Positions 40,240 to 52,336 of a stretch of DNA of 64,000 nucleotides are shown here, piece by piece. The stretch comes from Felis catus (Eukaryota). The notes beneath the pieces are model-generated. The model had not been told where the DNA came from and searched no databases. It saw nothing but the letters and a program-made list of their open reading frames with translations. The number at the start of each line of letters is the position of its first letter. The stretch's first letter is position 1. A program made the position numbers and the translations under genes. Where the stretch lies: the NCBI RefSeq assembly GCF_018350175.1, contig NC_058368.1, positions 153,886,001-153,950,000 of the forward strand, in the 5' to 3' direction.

Positions 40240-40435
40240 TTATTTTTTTTAAGTTTATTTTATTTATTTTGAGAGAGAATGAGAGAGAGAGAGTAAGAGG
40301 GAGAGAGAATCCCAAGTAGTCTCTGCTGTCAGCAAGGAATCTGACGAAGGGCTCAGTCTCATGAACCATGCGGTCATTACCTGAGCTGAAATCAAGATTT
40401 GGAGGCTTAACTGACTGAACAACCCAGGCATCTCC
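40240..40435 (-). mobile_element. Can-SINE nested in the L1 endonuclease region
   Basis: gcttaactgactgaacaacccaggcatctc head on minus strand. Confidence 0.88.
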
Positions 40436-43400
40436 AATGAGTTTCTTTATGTTTGTTATTAATTTATTTATAACTTTGGGTTCTCTCAAGTTGGAGGCAT
40501 AAATATTTATAATTGTCAGATCTTCTTGTTGGATAGACCCCTTAATTATGATATAATGCTCTTCTTCTTCTCTTGCTATACAGTTTTTGGTTTAAAACCT
40601 TTGTCTGATATAAGTATGGCTACTCTGACTTTCTCTTGACATCCATTAGCATGATAGATGGTTCTCCATCCCCTCAGTTTCAATCTGCAGATATCTGTAG
40701 GTCTAAAATGAATCTCTTCTAGGTAGCATATTGTTGGGTTTCAGTTTTTATAATCCATTCTGATACCTTATGTCTTTGATTTGAACATTTAGTCCATTTA
40801 CATTCAGAATGAGTATTGAAAGATAGGAATTTAGTGCTATTGTCTTACTTGTAAAGTTGCTGTTTCTGGGGATGTTCTCTAGTCCTTTGTAGTCTTTGTT
40901 ACTTTTGGTCTCTCTCCCCCCGACCCTGATACAGAGTCCCCTTTAATATTTCCTGAAAGGCTGGTTTAGTGGTCATGAACTCTCTTAGTTCTTTTTTTTG
41001 GGGGGGGGTCTGTTTATCTCTCCTTTTATTCTGGATGACAGCCTTGTTGCAGAAAGCGTTCTTGGCTGCATATTTTTTCCCATTCAGCACATTGAGTACA
41101 TCATGCCACTCTCTTATGGCCTCTGGACAGGTCTGCTATGAATCGGATTTGACTTCCCTTGTAGGTTCAGGATTTTTTTTTCTTGCTGTTTTCAGGTTCT
41201 TTCCTTGTCTGTGTATTTTGTGATTTTGACTATGATAACTTTTAATGATAGTTGGCTTTTGTTAAATTTAATGTGAGTTCTCTGTGCTTTTTGGATTCCA
41301 ATGTCTGTTTCCTTCTGTAGATTAGGGAAGTTTTCAGCTAGGATTGGCTCAAATAAACCTCTCCTTTACTCTTTTCTTCTGGAACTCATATAATAGGAAT
41401 GTTATTATGCTTTAAGGAGTCACTGAGTTCCCTTAATCTACATTTGTGATCCAGTACCTTTCTTTCCCTCTTTTTTTTTCAGCTTCATTATTTTCCATAA
41501 TTTTATCTTCTATGTCACTGATTTTCTCCTTTGCTTTGTCCATCCTGTTGTCATTGCATCCATTTAATTCTGCATCTCAGTTATAGCATTTTTTATTTTA
41601 GCCTGATTAATTTTTAGTTTCTTATCTCTGAAATAAGGCATTCTCTAGTGTCTTCTATGCTTTTCTGAAGCTCAGCTATTATCCTTATGATTATTTTTTT
41701 TAATTATGGTTTAGACATCTTATCGTATCTGTATTGATTAAATCCCTGGCTGTGACTTCTTAATGTTCTTTCTTTTGGACTGAATTCCTCCACCTTTTCA
41801 TTTTGTCTGTGCCACTGTTTTGTTTTGTTTTGTGTGTGTGTTTTTGTGCGTGATTGTTAAGAAAGCCTGTTGTATTCCTGCTTCTGAGAGTAATGACTAT
41901 ATTAAGAAGAGGTCCAAAGGAGAAAAAAAAGGAAGCTAGATCCTATTTCCCCTAGAGCTGAACCTTTGCAGAAGTCTATGATAAGTAGACTTGGTGCATA
42001 AAACATGTTGGTATTCTGGTAGTGGCACCTGCTGCTGATTCCCGAGTGGACTTGTTTTTCTGGAGATGAACCTGCAGGGTGCAGAGGGATGAGACTTGTT
42101 GTAAACAGGCTCCAGCCTCCATTGGGTGGCACTGTTTTGCTCACTGAAGTCAGTCAGTTATAATGGGTGTTGCCTGGCTCTCTCATTCTCAAAGAGGGGA
42201 ATTTGTACCAGTCACTCTTCAGAAAGCCCTCAGAGAAAAGCAAACAATCACCTCTTCTTGTCCCTGGCTTCTGCCTTCACCCTGCCTTCACCCTGCCTGC
42301 ATCTGAGCTGTCTGCCTGCCAGATGGCATAGTACTCCTGTGTTTTATGTCATGTGTGTGGCTGGGTTTCAAAACTCTACATTCCAAATTTTAGGGACCCA
42401 TGCACTGTGGACCTGTGCTGATCCTCTGGTGGGGGTCTCAACACACTTTTGCCTTGTGCCAGTTTGCCCCCCCCCCCCCCCAGAAAAGCAGTCGCACAAC
42501 TGCAGAATGGTTTGGAGTTTATGGTAAAGTGAAGCACAAAGCCAACACCAAGGTTTTCTGCCCTCAGATGGTATCTTTGTTTCTATGCTAGGGAACAGGG
42601 CAGTAGATTGGTGCTCCTGGTTCTTTTTGCCCCTGTAGAAGCAATGCCACTGCTCTCAAATGCACTCCAAGCAGAAGTATGCACTAAGCCCTCTAGGCAC
42701 TGACGCCGATGATGGTGCATACTTATAAAATTTCGGACTTTGAGCTCTGCTTATAATAACTTGTGGTACTCAGACCTTCTCCTTTTCCCAGTCAATGGTT
42801 TTGGGGAAGAGTTTTTTTCTGTGTAATACCCTGCCTGCACTTTTACTCTCTCCCTGTTTCTCTCTCACTCCTGTCTCTGTGATCAGGGTTCTCTCCCCAT
42901 CTCAGCCACAGTTCTTTTCTCCCCTAGATCAACTCTCTGCAGCTCCTACCTTTCATGATGTGGCCATTATTTATATCTCTAGTTGTGCAGTTTTGCTCTC
43001 TCAGTCCTCAGATCAATTTGTTGAGTGTTCAGAATGATTTCATATACATTTAGCTATGTTTAAGGGATGAGGCAAGCCTAGAGTCTTCCTACTCCTCTAC
43101 CATCTTAACTCTCCTAGTTCAAAATATTTTGTAACCTCTGTGATTTCTTATTAGTTTTGTGTATTATTTGGAATTGTGTTCCTTGATATCTAAACATATG
43201 TTACTTTTTAAAGCTTTGTTTAAAAAATGATTTCTAACATGATCATTATTTTCTAAATAAGTATGTATGTATGCATGATTTAAATACTTTGATATTTCTT
43301 GAAACTAGTTTTATGATCCAGCATATATTAAATTTTTGTATATATTCTATGTGCCTTTGAAAGTAAAGTACATTCTTTATTAGAAACAGATTTGTAGATT

Positions 43401-44529
43401 TAAATAAGCCCACGTTTGCTATTCCTTCTGTTCTATTCTGATATATTTCTATTGATTCCGTATCTTTTTGTTTTAATAGTTGTAAAGACTGAAATTTTAA
43501 AATTTTCAATATGATTTTGGATTAGTCTGTTTTTCCTTGTTCTAAGGTCAGTTCTTTCTTTATATATTTTCAGACTATTCATTAACTGCAAAAAGTTTAA
43601 GACAGTTATATATTTCTGTTGGATTGATCCTTCATCATTATTAAAAATAAATGCCTTTCCTTTGTGGAGTAGTAGTACCTGTGAATTGTTGAGGGAAAAT
43701 ATTTGAGAAAATATTTGCAAATCATATATATGAAAACATACCAGAACATATATTAAGAACATATAAAGAACTCTCAAAATACGAAAATAGACAAGCAAAA
43801 TATATAAGCCAGATTGGGAATTTTAAAAAGGACATAAATGCATTTTTCCTCTATATAACTTTTAATAACCTGTTTTAGAATAATTTGTAAAGAAAGTTGA
43901 ATTTTATAATCATCAGATTATAAATGTACTTCCATATTTAAATGATATTCCCATTTATTTTAATATAAAAAAACGAGAAGTTGGTAGCTACATTCCACCT
44001 ATCACTCACTGTCTTCTTAAGCCATTAACATGGGTCAAAGTTGACTTGAACTCGTTATAAGACTTTTTTTAAGGAGACAGAAATGGAAAAGAAAAGATTG
44101 ATAAATTATAAAAGACAAGAAGATTTCTATAAAGTTAAAATGCGGTGCAATTATATGGAAAGAAAATAACAATGTGCATTGTAAGGTTTTGAATAAAGTG
44201 ATCTGCAAATTACCTAGAAAGTTGAGAAAAAAGACTGGGATAATTTTAGTGACATTTTATTCCATAGCCATTTCCTCAAGTATTCTTAGTAATACTTCAC
44301 ATATTCTATAGATATATGACTGGCAAAAGATAATGTCAAAATGTCCATAATATGTGATGAATTCTGTTTTAATTTTATGAAGGCTTTTAGTAAAATTACA
44401 TTGAAAAATTCACCTATTCTTTTTGAAGTCTCAGACATCTGGCATTTGGCATTGGATCTGAATTTTTTTGTACAAAGGAATTTTTTTTTTTTAGAAACAT
44501 CATGTCTGTAATACTGAAGTAATGAAGAC

Positions 44530-46330
44530 TTCTTTCATTCAGTGACACATATTTATTACCTACTATGTGTCACGCCCTGTGCTAGAAGCTGGGAACTTAC
44601 AAGGGTATGAAAAATTTATCAACCTTTAAGGTAAATTTTAGAGCAATGGACAAATCACACAGTAATTACAATTTGATGTAAGTGCTGTAAATACTATTAT
44701 TAATAATAATAGCAGGTAATAGCAAGAAGTACTTGCTGTATTCCAGAGTCTGTTCTAAGCATTTTCCATGTATTAACTCAGCTAATAATAAAATATAAGC
44801 TGCTCCTGTAATTCAATGGACAGCTACCTAATTCCTGTGACACCACAGAAGGCTTCTTGCAGAAGGTGGTGGCTGAGCTGAGTCTTAAGGCATAAATAAA
44901 GCCAAGAAAGAAAAGAAAGAATCATAAATAAAGAAAAGAAAGAATCAAAGAAAGACTAGGGACATAGTCTAAATAGAATAGCATTTGCAAATGTATGGAT
45001 GCATAAATCAGTCAGTACATTGAACTACAAATAAATTAATATATTTGGAGCTTGGGGTATGTGGAAGAATGGTGAAAGGAAAGGATGAAAACAATTTACA
45101 AATCAGGTCATGAGGAACTTATATATCATGCCAGGGATGTCGGACTCTCCAGAAAGCAAAGGGGAGTTTTATTTAAAAGTTTTATTTAAAAGTTTTAAAC
45201 ATGACATTAACGTAATCAAAATAGTCATTCCACTTAGTGTGGAGAATGATACAGGAGGGAAATGCTGAAGTTAGATACTTAAGAGAATATTGCAATAATG
45301 AAGGCAGGGGATAATAGCCTGGTCTTTAGGCAGTGGGGGGGGGGGTGAAGACAGTGGACAAAATTGATAGATATGAATAGGTAGGAAATGGTAATCAATT
45401 TTTTAATGAGGAGTGTGATAGGTAATTTTATATGTCAGCTGGGCTAGGTACAGTACTCAGAAATTTGGTTAAGCATTATTCTAGATGTTTCTGAGAAGGC
45501 ATTGTTTAGGTAAGATTAAATTTAAATCAATAGACTTTGAGTGAAGCAGATTATTCTCCATAATGTGGGTGAGCCTCATTCACTCAGTTGGCCTTCATAG
45601 AAAAAAGACTGATCTCCCCAGAAGAAGAGGGAACTCTGCCAGCCAACTTGGACGTGAACTGCAACTCTTCCCTGGATCTCCAGTCTGCCAGCCTACCCTG
45701 CAGATTTTGGACTTGCCAAGACTCCACAGTCATATAAGCCAATTCCTTAAAATAAATCTCTCTATTATATATCTTATTGGTTTTGTTTCACTTGGGAACC
45801 CTAACTAATGCAGAGGGAAGGTAAAAAGGAAGAGTCTAGGATTATTCTCACACTGTATGGTTGGTGGAACCATTAAGACATAGGAAACCCAGGAGAGATG
45901 ATTCAGGAGGATATAAACGATTTAGTTCTGACATATTTAATATGAGGTATCTGAGGGTACCTACAAATAGAGAGGATCTGTAGATACTTTTATGCGGCTG
46001 AAAGTCAAGCAGGAAATCTGGGATAGATATATCACTCTATGGAAGGGGGCTTCTGTAGTTGAAAAAAAAAAAACAACACACATTCAGAAAGACAACCGCA
46101 ATAACACTGAGACTTAGAGACATAAAGTAAGAATAGAAGCCTGGGATAAGAGGACAAGAAGACTGACAAGAATCTGTTAGAGTTGAAAATAAAAACTAAA
46201 ACAGGATGGTATCACAGAAGTCAAGAGAAGACAGAATTTTAAGTAAGGATGAGTCACATGCTATCGAATGATATAATTTTAAAATTAAGAGGAAATTGGT
46301 GACCTCAGGAAGAAAAATTTTCAAAAGCTA
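44530..46330 (-). mobile_element. LINE-2 relic interrupted by an LTR
   Basis: cattcagtgacacatatttattacctactatgtgtcacgccctgtgctag L2 3' end followed by a purine-rich body. Confidence 0.6.
45414..45812 (+). mobile_element. ERVL solo LTR, MLT2-like
   Basis: TG...CA termini; MLT2 phrases (attttatatgtcagctgggctagg; gccaattccttaaaataaatctc; gggaaccctaactaatgca). Confidence 0.85.
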
Positions 46331-46934
46331 TATGCTAGAGCCAAACAGCACTACAGCACTTACTACAGTATTTTCCACAAAAACAAACATATTTTTAGAT
46401 GTCATACAACCATATTTGTAATGAAATTAGGAGAGAAAATTTTATTTATCATACATATATTGGTCTGCAAAATAACTCTGACACTGAGAGAGTCAAGAAA
46501 TCTGCCTCTTCTCCTTTGGGCAAGCAGCAGATCTAGAATTTGAACCTGGATGTCTACTGCTCCTTAGAGGAGTCATAATAATACACTGGCTCCCAGAGCT
46601 GTAGATGCAAGATAAGAACTCACATCTAGCAGCAGCTGAGAAAGGGGAAAGGAAGAAACAAAGGCAAAAGACAGGGGAACAAATCTTAGACAAAAGCTTG
46701 TACTTGATCATAAGAGAAGGAAAAATATAGAGGATATTAGACTAAAGAACACCACCTGAAGAATAGGACAGAATTCCCTTATTGTTAGTATAAGGGAGAG
46801 TGTCCAAATCTTTTTCAAAATAAAACAACATAGAAAAATACCAATCAGTTGCGCTTTTAAAATATTATGTAAATTATTTATTTGATTGAATGGGTGTTCT
46901 TTTACTTGTTAATATTTAGGACATAGAAATGATA

Positions 46935-47175
46935 GAGACACCTGGGTGGCTCAGTCAGTTAAGCATCTGGCTTCATTTCAGGTCATTACACTGTGGTTCA
47001 CAAGTTCAAGCCCCACATCAGGCTTTGTGCTGACAGCTCAGAGCCTGGAGCCTGCTATGGGTTCTGTCTGTCTGTCTGTCTCTCTCTCTCATTCTCTGTC
47101 TGTCCCTCCCTGCTTGCACTCTGCCTCTCTCTGTCTCTCTCAAAAGTAAATAAACATTAAAAAATTAAAAAAAAA
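46935..47175 (+). mobile_element. Felid-type SINEC
   Basis: gacacctgggtggctcagtcagttaag head; TSD catagaa(a)tgata. Confidence 0.92.
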
Positions 47176-47811
47176 CACATAGAATGATAAATCTAAAGTA
47201 AGATCTTAAGTAAAAAAAATTAATTTTAAAAAGTAAGATCTTACGAATGCATACATTTTGGTTTTAAACACTGTATGAGATAAAACACTTGATGTGTAAA
47301 AATGCTTCTAATTGTATTTTTTGATTAAAAATACTGTTTGTGTGCTACTTATAATGGGAAAAGATATATTTGCATTATTTGAAGTATCATTTCAGAATTA
47401 GCACTTTAATGCTTTTTAAAATACTACCTAATTTTGAAGTGTCATCTCATATTGTGGGTTTTTTTTTAAATAACTGGATCAATGACAAATTTAGTAAAAT
47501 ACACTAACAACAATCACCCCACCATCCAACACAGTTTTTAATAATCTCTGTTTTTATTTTCTTCTGTTTCTGTAAGTGGACATACATTTTGATTTTCAAA
47601 TATGGTATTTTATCTTGGCTGACTGGTAAAATCTACTGTGTCATTCAGATAAAATGATTGCTTTAGGTCGTTTTACCCACCCAAGTCTTACAAATCTCAT
47701 TGTTCAGTTTTAAGAATTATTTTGGAAGAGTATAGTATAGCTTGATGAAAGTATTTTATTCATTATTTCTCTAAGGAATCATTTGAGTGTTTGAGGGATA
47801 AATACAGAGAT

Positions 47812-48044
47812 TTAAAAAAACTTTTTGTTAATTTTTTTTATTTTGAGAGAGCGAGCGAGAGAGAGCTAGCGAGCGAGCGCACAAGCTGGGGGGAGGCAGA
47901 AAGAAGGAGAGACAGAATTCCAAACAGGCTCCACACCATCAGCGCAGAGCCAGATGTGGGGCTCGAATTCACAACCTGTGAGGTCATGACCTGTGCCGAG
48001 AGTAAGAGTTGGGTGCTTCGCTGACTGCGCCACCCAGGTGCCCC
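47812..48044 (-). mobile_element. Can-SINE
   Basis: ctgcgccacccaggtgcccc head; TSD acaga-attt. Confidence 0.9.
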
Positions 48045-48144
48045 GCACAGATTTTTCTTCTGTGTTCTGCTCCCTTCCCTGTGTCATATACACTTTCAAA
48101 ATTGTATGCAGCAACATAGTAATGCCTGTTCACCAAACCCAGTC

Positions 48145-48612
48145 CGTTTTGTTAATGTTTATTTTGTTTATTTTTGAGAGAGATAGAGAGAGACACACAC
48201 ACACAGCTCTTGTGTTCAGCTCAGGTTATGATGTCACAGTTTGTGAGTCTGACTCTCCAGTCAGGCTCCATGCTGATGGTGTGGAGCCTACTTGGGATTC
48301 TGTCTCTCTCTTCCTCTCTCTCTGTCTCTCTGTCTCTTTCCCCCGCTCGATCTCTCTCTAAAAATAAATAAACTTAAAACAGAAAATAAGGGGTGCCTAG
48401 GTGGCTCAGTAGGTTAAGTGTCTGACTTCAGCTCAGGTCATGATCTCACGGTTCGTGAGTTCGGGCCGCGCATCAGGCTCTGTGCTGACAGCTCAATGCC
48501 TGGAGCCTGCTCCAGATTCTGTCTCCCTCTCTCTCTGCTCCTCCCCCACTCATACTCTCTCTCTCTCTCTCTCAAAAATAAATAAAATAATAAAAAATTA
48601 AAAAATAAAAAA
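48145..48612. mobile_element. SINE cluster: minus-strand SINE tail (~48145-48203) fused to a headless + SINE (~48204-48388), then a full + SINE (48389-48612)
   Basis: Read directly from orientation-diagnostic motifs. Confidence 0.85.
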
Positions 48613-49077
48613 TGTTAACCTATATGTTAGATATTAACCTACTTTTATATAAAGATAATTGAATTTGTAAATCTTCTTTTGCTAGTCAGGTTGTTTTTAA
48701 TTATTTGTAATTTTCATTATTTTACTTTACTAAATAAATGATATGTTATAGTTATGTTTATGCCTGAATTCCAATAGTAATTATAGTTTTATATTTCTTG
48801 CAGCATTCTTAGACCTTTCCACACTGGTTGAATGATTATTTAAGGCAACCTAGAGAGGAGGGAGATAAAACATGAATGCATGAACTTTAATTAAGCTTGT
48901 AAAATAAATACTTTTTATTTCTGTGACATTGTCCTCTAAAATTACAGTTTAACTAAAATCCAGAATATTTCTTTATACATATCTGTTTTTTCTAAAATTC
49001 TTATAAAGTCACTACATTAATTTAGCAATTATTCCTTTCAAAAACAAGTCATTTATTTCCTGTTTTGAAAGTCATTT

Positions 49078-49288
49078 TTTTTAAAGTTTATTTACTTATT
49101 TTTAGAGAGAGAGAGAGTGAGAGAACAAATGGGGGAGAGGCAGAAAGAGGGAGAGATAGAATGCCAAGTAGGTTCTGCGCTGTCAGCACAGAGCCTGACG
49201 GGAGGCTTGAACCCATGAACCATGAGATCAAGACTTGAGTTTAAATCAAGAGTTGGACGCTTAACTGACTGAGCCACACAGGTGCCCC
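49078..49288 (-). mobile_element. Can-SINE
   Basis: TSD ttttgaaagtcattt on both sides. Confidence 0.93.
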
Positions 49289-49669
49289 TTTTGAAAGTCA
49301 TTTAAACTGTGTGTGTATTTAAATGATAAATTATATAGATTTTATGATCTCTATATGACTAAGAATATATTTGCAAATGTAGATAAATTGCCCTCAGTGT
49401 ATACCTGTATTTAGCACAAATTTCTTAAATTTGACAAAATTTGATTTTGAATACTTGGTTTTGTAATTCAACACAATCTGTCCACAACATTTACTGATAC
49501 AGAAAAATTTTAAGCTTATAGGTATGGGAATAGATCCTTGATTTCTAGCAACAAGATAGAAAAATGAGTGGAAGTAATTTACTTTACAGATAATTGTCAA
49601 GTAATTTTTCAACAAGCACTGTCTTTGAAATTGCTCTACATTGTGGTAGATTTAGTAATGTATTACTTG

Positions 49670-49856
49670 GTTTTGTTTGTATTGTTTTGTTTTAGTGAAA
49701 GAGGGAGACAGAGAGGTAAAAGGAGAGAGAGAATTTAAGCAGACTCCAAGCCAAGCGTGGAGCCCGAAAGGAGATTCAAATCCACAACCCTGGGATCATG
49801 ACCTGAGCCAAAATCAAGGGTTGGTCATTTAACCAACTAAGCCACCCAGACACCCC
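49670..49856 (-). mobile_element. Can-SINE (older subfamily)
   Basis: aagccacccagacacccc head; TSD aatgtattactt. Confidence 0.9.
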
Positions 49857-50777
49857 AGAAATGTATTACTTTGTATTGATAACAAACAACATTTCCAGTA
49901 TAAACACTTCATAAAATCGTCTTTATTGGAGGAAACAGACACTGAATTTTACTTCCGAATAGCTTCCTGCCTACCAATAAGGAAGACAACAGGCATTGCA
50001 CACCATTTCCTAAAATGACTAAAAATGATGAAGCAAAATTTCTTCTTTCAGTCCTGTGTGGAAAACATAGAACTTTTCTTTTAAAATAAAAATCCTATGC
50101 CCAGTCCTTCTGCTCTCCAACCACCTGATGTTTTATGACAAAGCTCTTCAAAGTTTCTTAGTTTTCAAACTTCTAGGGATTTCTTAGTATCTAGAATTCA
50201 TGCTACTTGGATTTTTTTTCTCTTACAGAAATCTCATATATCTGAATATCCTCTCCCCTTTCAATTCAGTTTCTAGTTTTCGTATGGCAAATCCAAATAT
50301 ACTTTCCTTAATCTATTTATCTATCCATAAAAGTCTTCCTAAGATGCTGTTCTAAAAGCAGTCTGATTTTTCTTTTTCACTGACTCATATTTTAGCAAAT
50401 TGCCTATTACTCATGTCTGAAAGAGAATGCTCTTAGTTTACTGCTTTACTTTCTTCTTAGAGGGAAAGAAATATTTCTTGATTTCAAATTCTTAATTTTA
50501 ATTGAAGTGTTTTTTGGTGGGGCTATTTATACTGACCACTCCTACCCATGTTTTTCAGGGTTTCACAGAAAAACCATAGCAACTGGAGATTCCAGTGTAT
50601 ACATCGCCACCTGGCCAACAATTTGATACTTGTACATTAAATTTGAAATTGATATAACTCTTAGAACATCTCTATGTTAATTTACCTTGTATGGGTTTTC
50701 AAAAAGTTGTACTTTTAAATTTAGGGAAATAAATTTTCAAAAACCACACCGGAAGGAGCAAATTCAATGCTATTATA

Positions 50778-50796
50778 ATGCCTCTAGAGGGCAGTA
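50778..50796 (+). promoter_or_regulatory. Predicted CTCF binding site
   Basis: atgCCTCTAGAGGGCAGta closely fits the CTCF core CCASYAGRKGGCRS (one departure, T for A at the third position); motif only, binding untested. Confidence 0.6.
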
Positions 50797-51075
50797 TTAA
50801 ATTATTTGAGGCTATCACAGAATTTTCTCGTGCAAGTCACTCAACATGTGAAGAGGTGACAGTGCAAATGTAAGAGGGTAGTATTCTTTATGTAATCTTA
50901 TTCACAGATGCAAATGACTGTGAAATCTAAGTCCTCACACTTGAATCAACAAGTGTTGTGAGAAGGGGATTTTTTAATTGAGCTTCTTATCTGCTCTCCA
51001 GAGAATGAGCTTACTTTCTCCTATTAGGATTTATGGACCATTATTGGCACACTGAAAATACATGAAGCTTAAAAT

Positions 51076-51107
51076 GTGGATAGGTTAACAAGTGGGTAGG
51101 TTAACAA
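51076..51107 (+). other. Duplication breakpoint junction with a 16-nt imperfect tandem repeat
   Basis: gtggataggttaacaa|gtgggtaggttaacaa (15/16 identical); only the second unit exists at 5234-5249. Confidence 0.95.
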
Positions 51108-52264
51108 AGCGCTGTGACAAGCAAGCCCTGTGGAGAAATCAATCGTGGACGTTTTAAAATGCAGTGCTGCATAAATATGTTTTTGTGATTGTATTGGGGA
51201 AAATAGTACATTTTTCTGTAGAGCCTTATTAGCTGGGCAGATATGAGAGCTTACTTTTAGGTTGTTGAGATATAAAAATACTAATATTGGAACACTGTTA
51301 GGATATGTTGATAGGAAATAGAAAGTTAGCATTTAAAAACATTTCTTAAACTTCTGTTTTTGAAACGGACCATGTTTTACACAGCTGGGTCAAACAGGTA
51401 TAAATAAGGGTGTGTTTTATAGCAGTTGATTAAATTCTTCAGAAATAATATTGTTCAACATTGAGGATAAAGTATTGCTTATTTTAATTATACTGAAATG
51501 ATCAGGGCAGTGCAATTCATGTGTCATTGGGTAAATGCTTGCTAATATGTAATCAGACTTATAATACTTTTTACATCAGAAATTGGAAAACTTCCTTTTT
51601 GAAAAAATTCTCTAGATGGTGGGGTCGAGCATTACTTTTGAATTAAAACATATGGTTTTGCTTATTTGAGGGATCAGTTGCAAAATGGTTGCCAAACATA
51701 TACATTTTAGAAGACCTACCTGCTTTCTGATAAAGACCGTTAACAGATAAACCCTGGTTTCCCCAGTTTTTACTGGGATCTTCCTAGCTTGCTTGACTTA
51801 ATATGTTCCCCATCCATAATTGTTCCATATTTGCCAGAGTTCTTCACTGTTCATAAATATGAGGGGTTATATGTGTTTCTTGGTGATTATTCTTCTTTTT
51901 CTCCCCCTCTGTCTCTTTTTGTTGCCAGTTTCTTGAGTTAGCAGCTTTTTGGTCCTACCTGATTGTTTTAAGAATTTATTAAAAATCCACAAAAATAAAT
52001 TTTTTAAAAATCCACAAAAATAACCGTATTAATTGGGTGTAATTAAGCTAGATATGTCAAATGTTGTGGTATTCAAACAAGAATATAGGTGGAACTGTTA
52101 GTTATTTTATTCCTGGTTCCAGCGGCTCTCCTAATCACAATCATCAATATTAATAATAATTTAAAAAGCAACTATTAAAATATGTTGGTGTGTTTTCTTA
52201 GAAACATAATTAACTTGCCTTGAAGACTAATAGATCATGTGTAAATGGTGGATCTTAACACAAC

Positions 52265-52336
<72 letters not shown>

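Larger units (their letters stand above)
36361..43115 (-). mobile_element. Near full-length decayed carnivore L1 (5'UTR-ORF1-ORF2-3'UTR) containing three nested SINEs
   Basis: 5' start on minus strand aggagagttaagatggtagaggagtagg; ORF1 end (LREFMTTKPAFQEILKG); endonuclease (MDLTDIFRSFHPKAVKYTFFSNAHGTFPRIDHIL); RT ([16 protein letters not shown]...[15 protein letters not shown]); imperfect TSD agtt(t/c)aaaatat at ~36344 and 43116. Confidence 0.92.
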
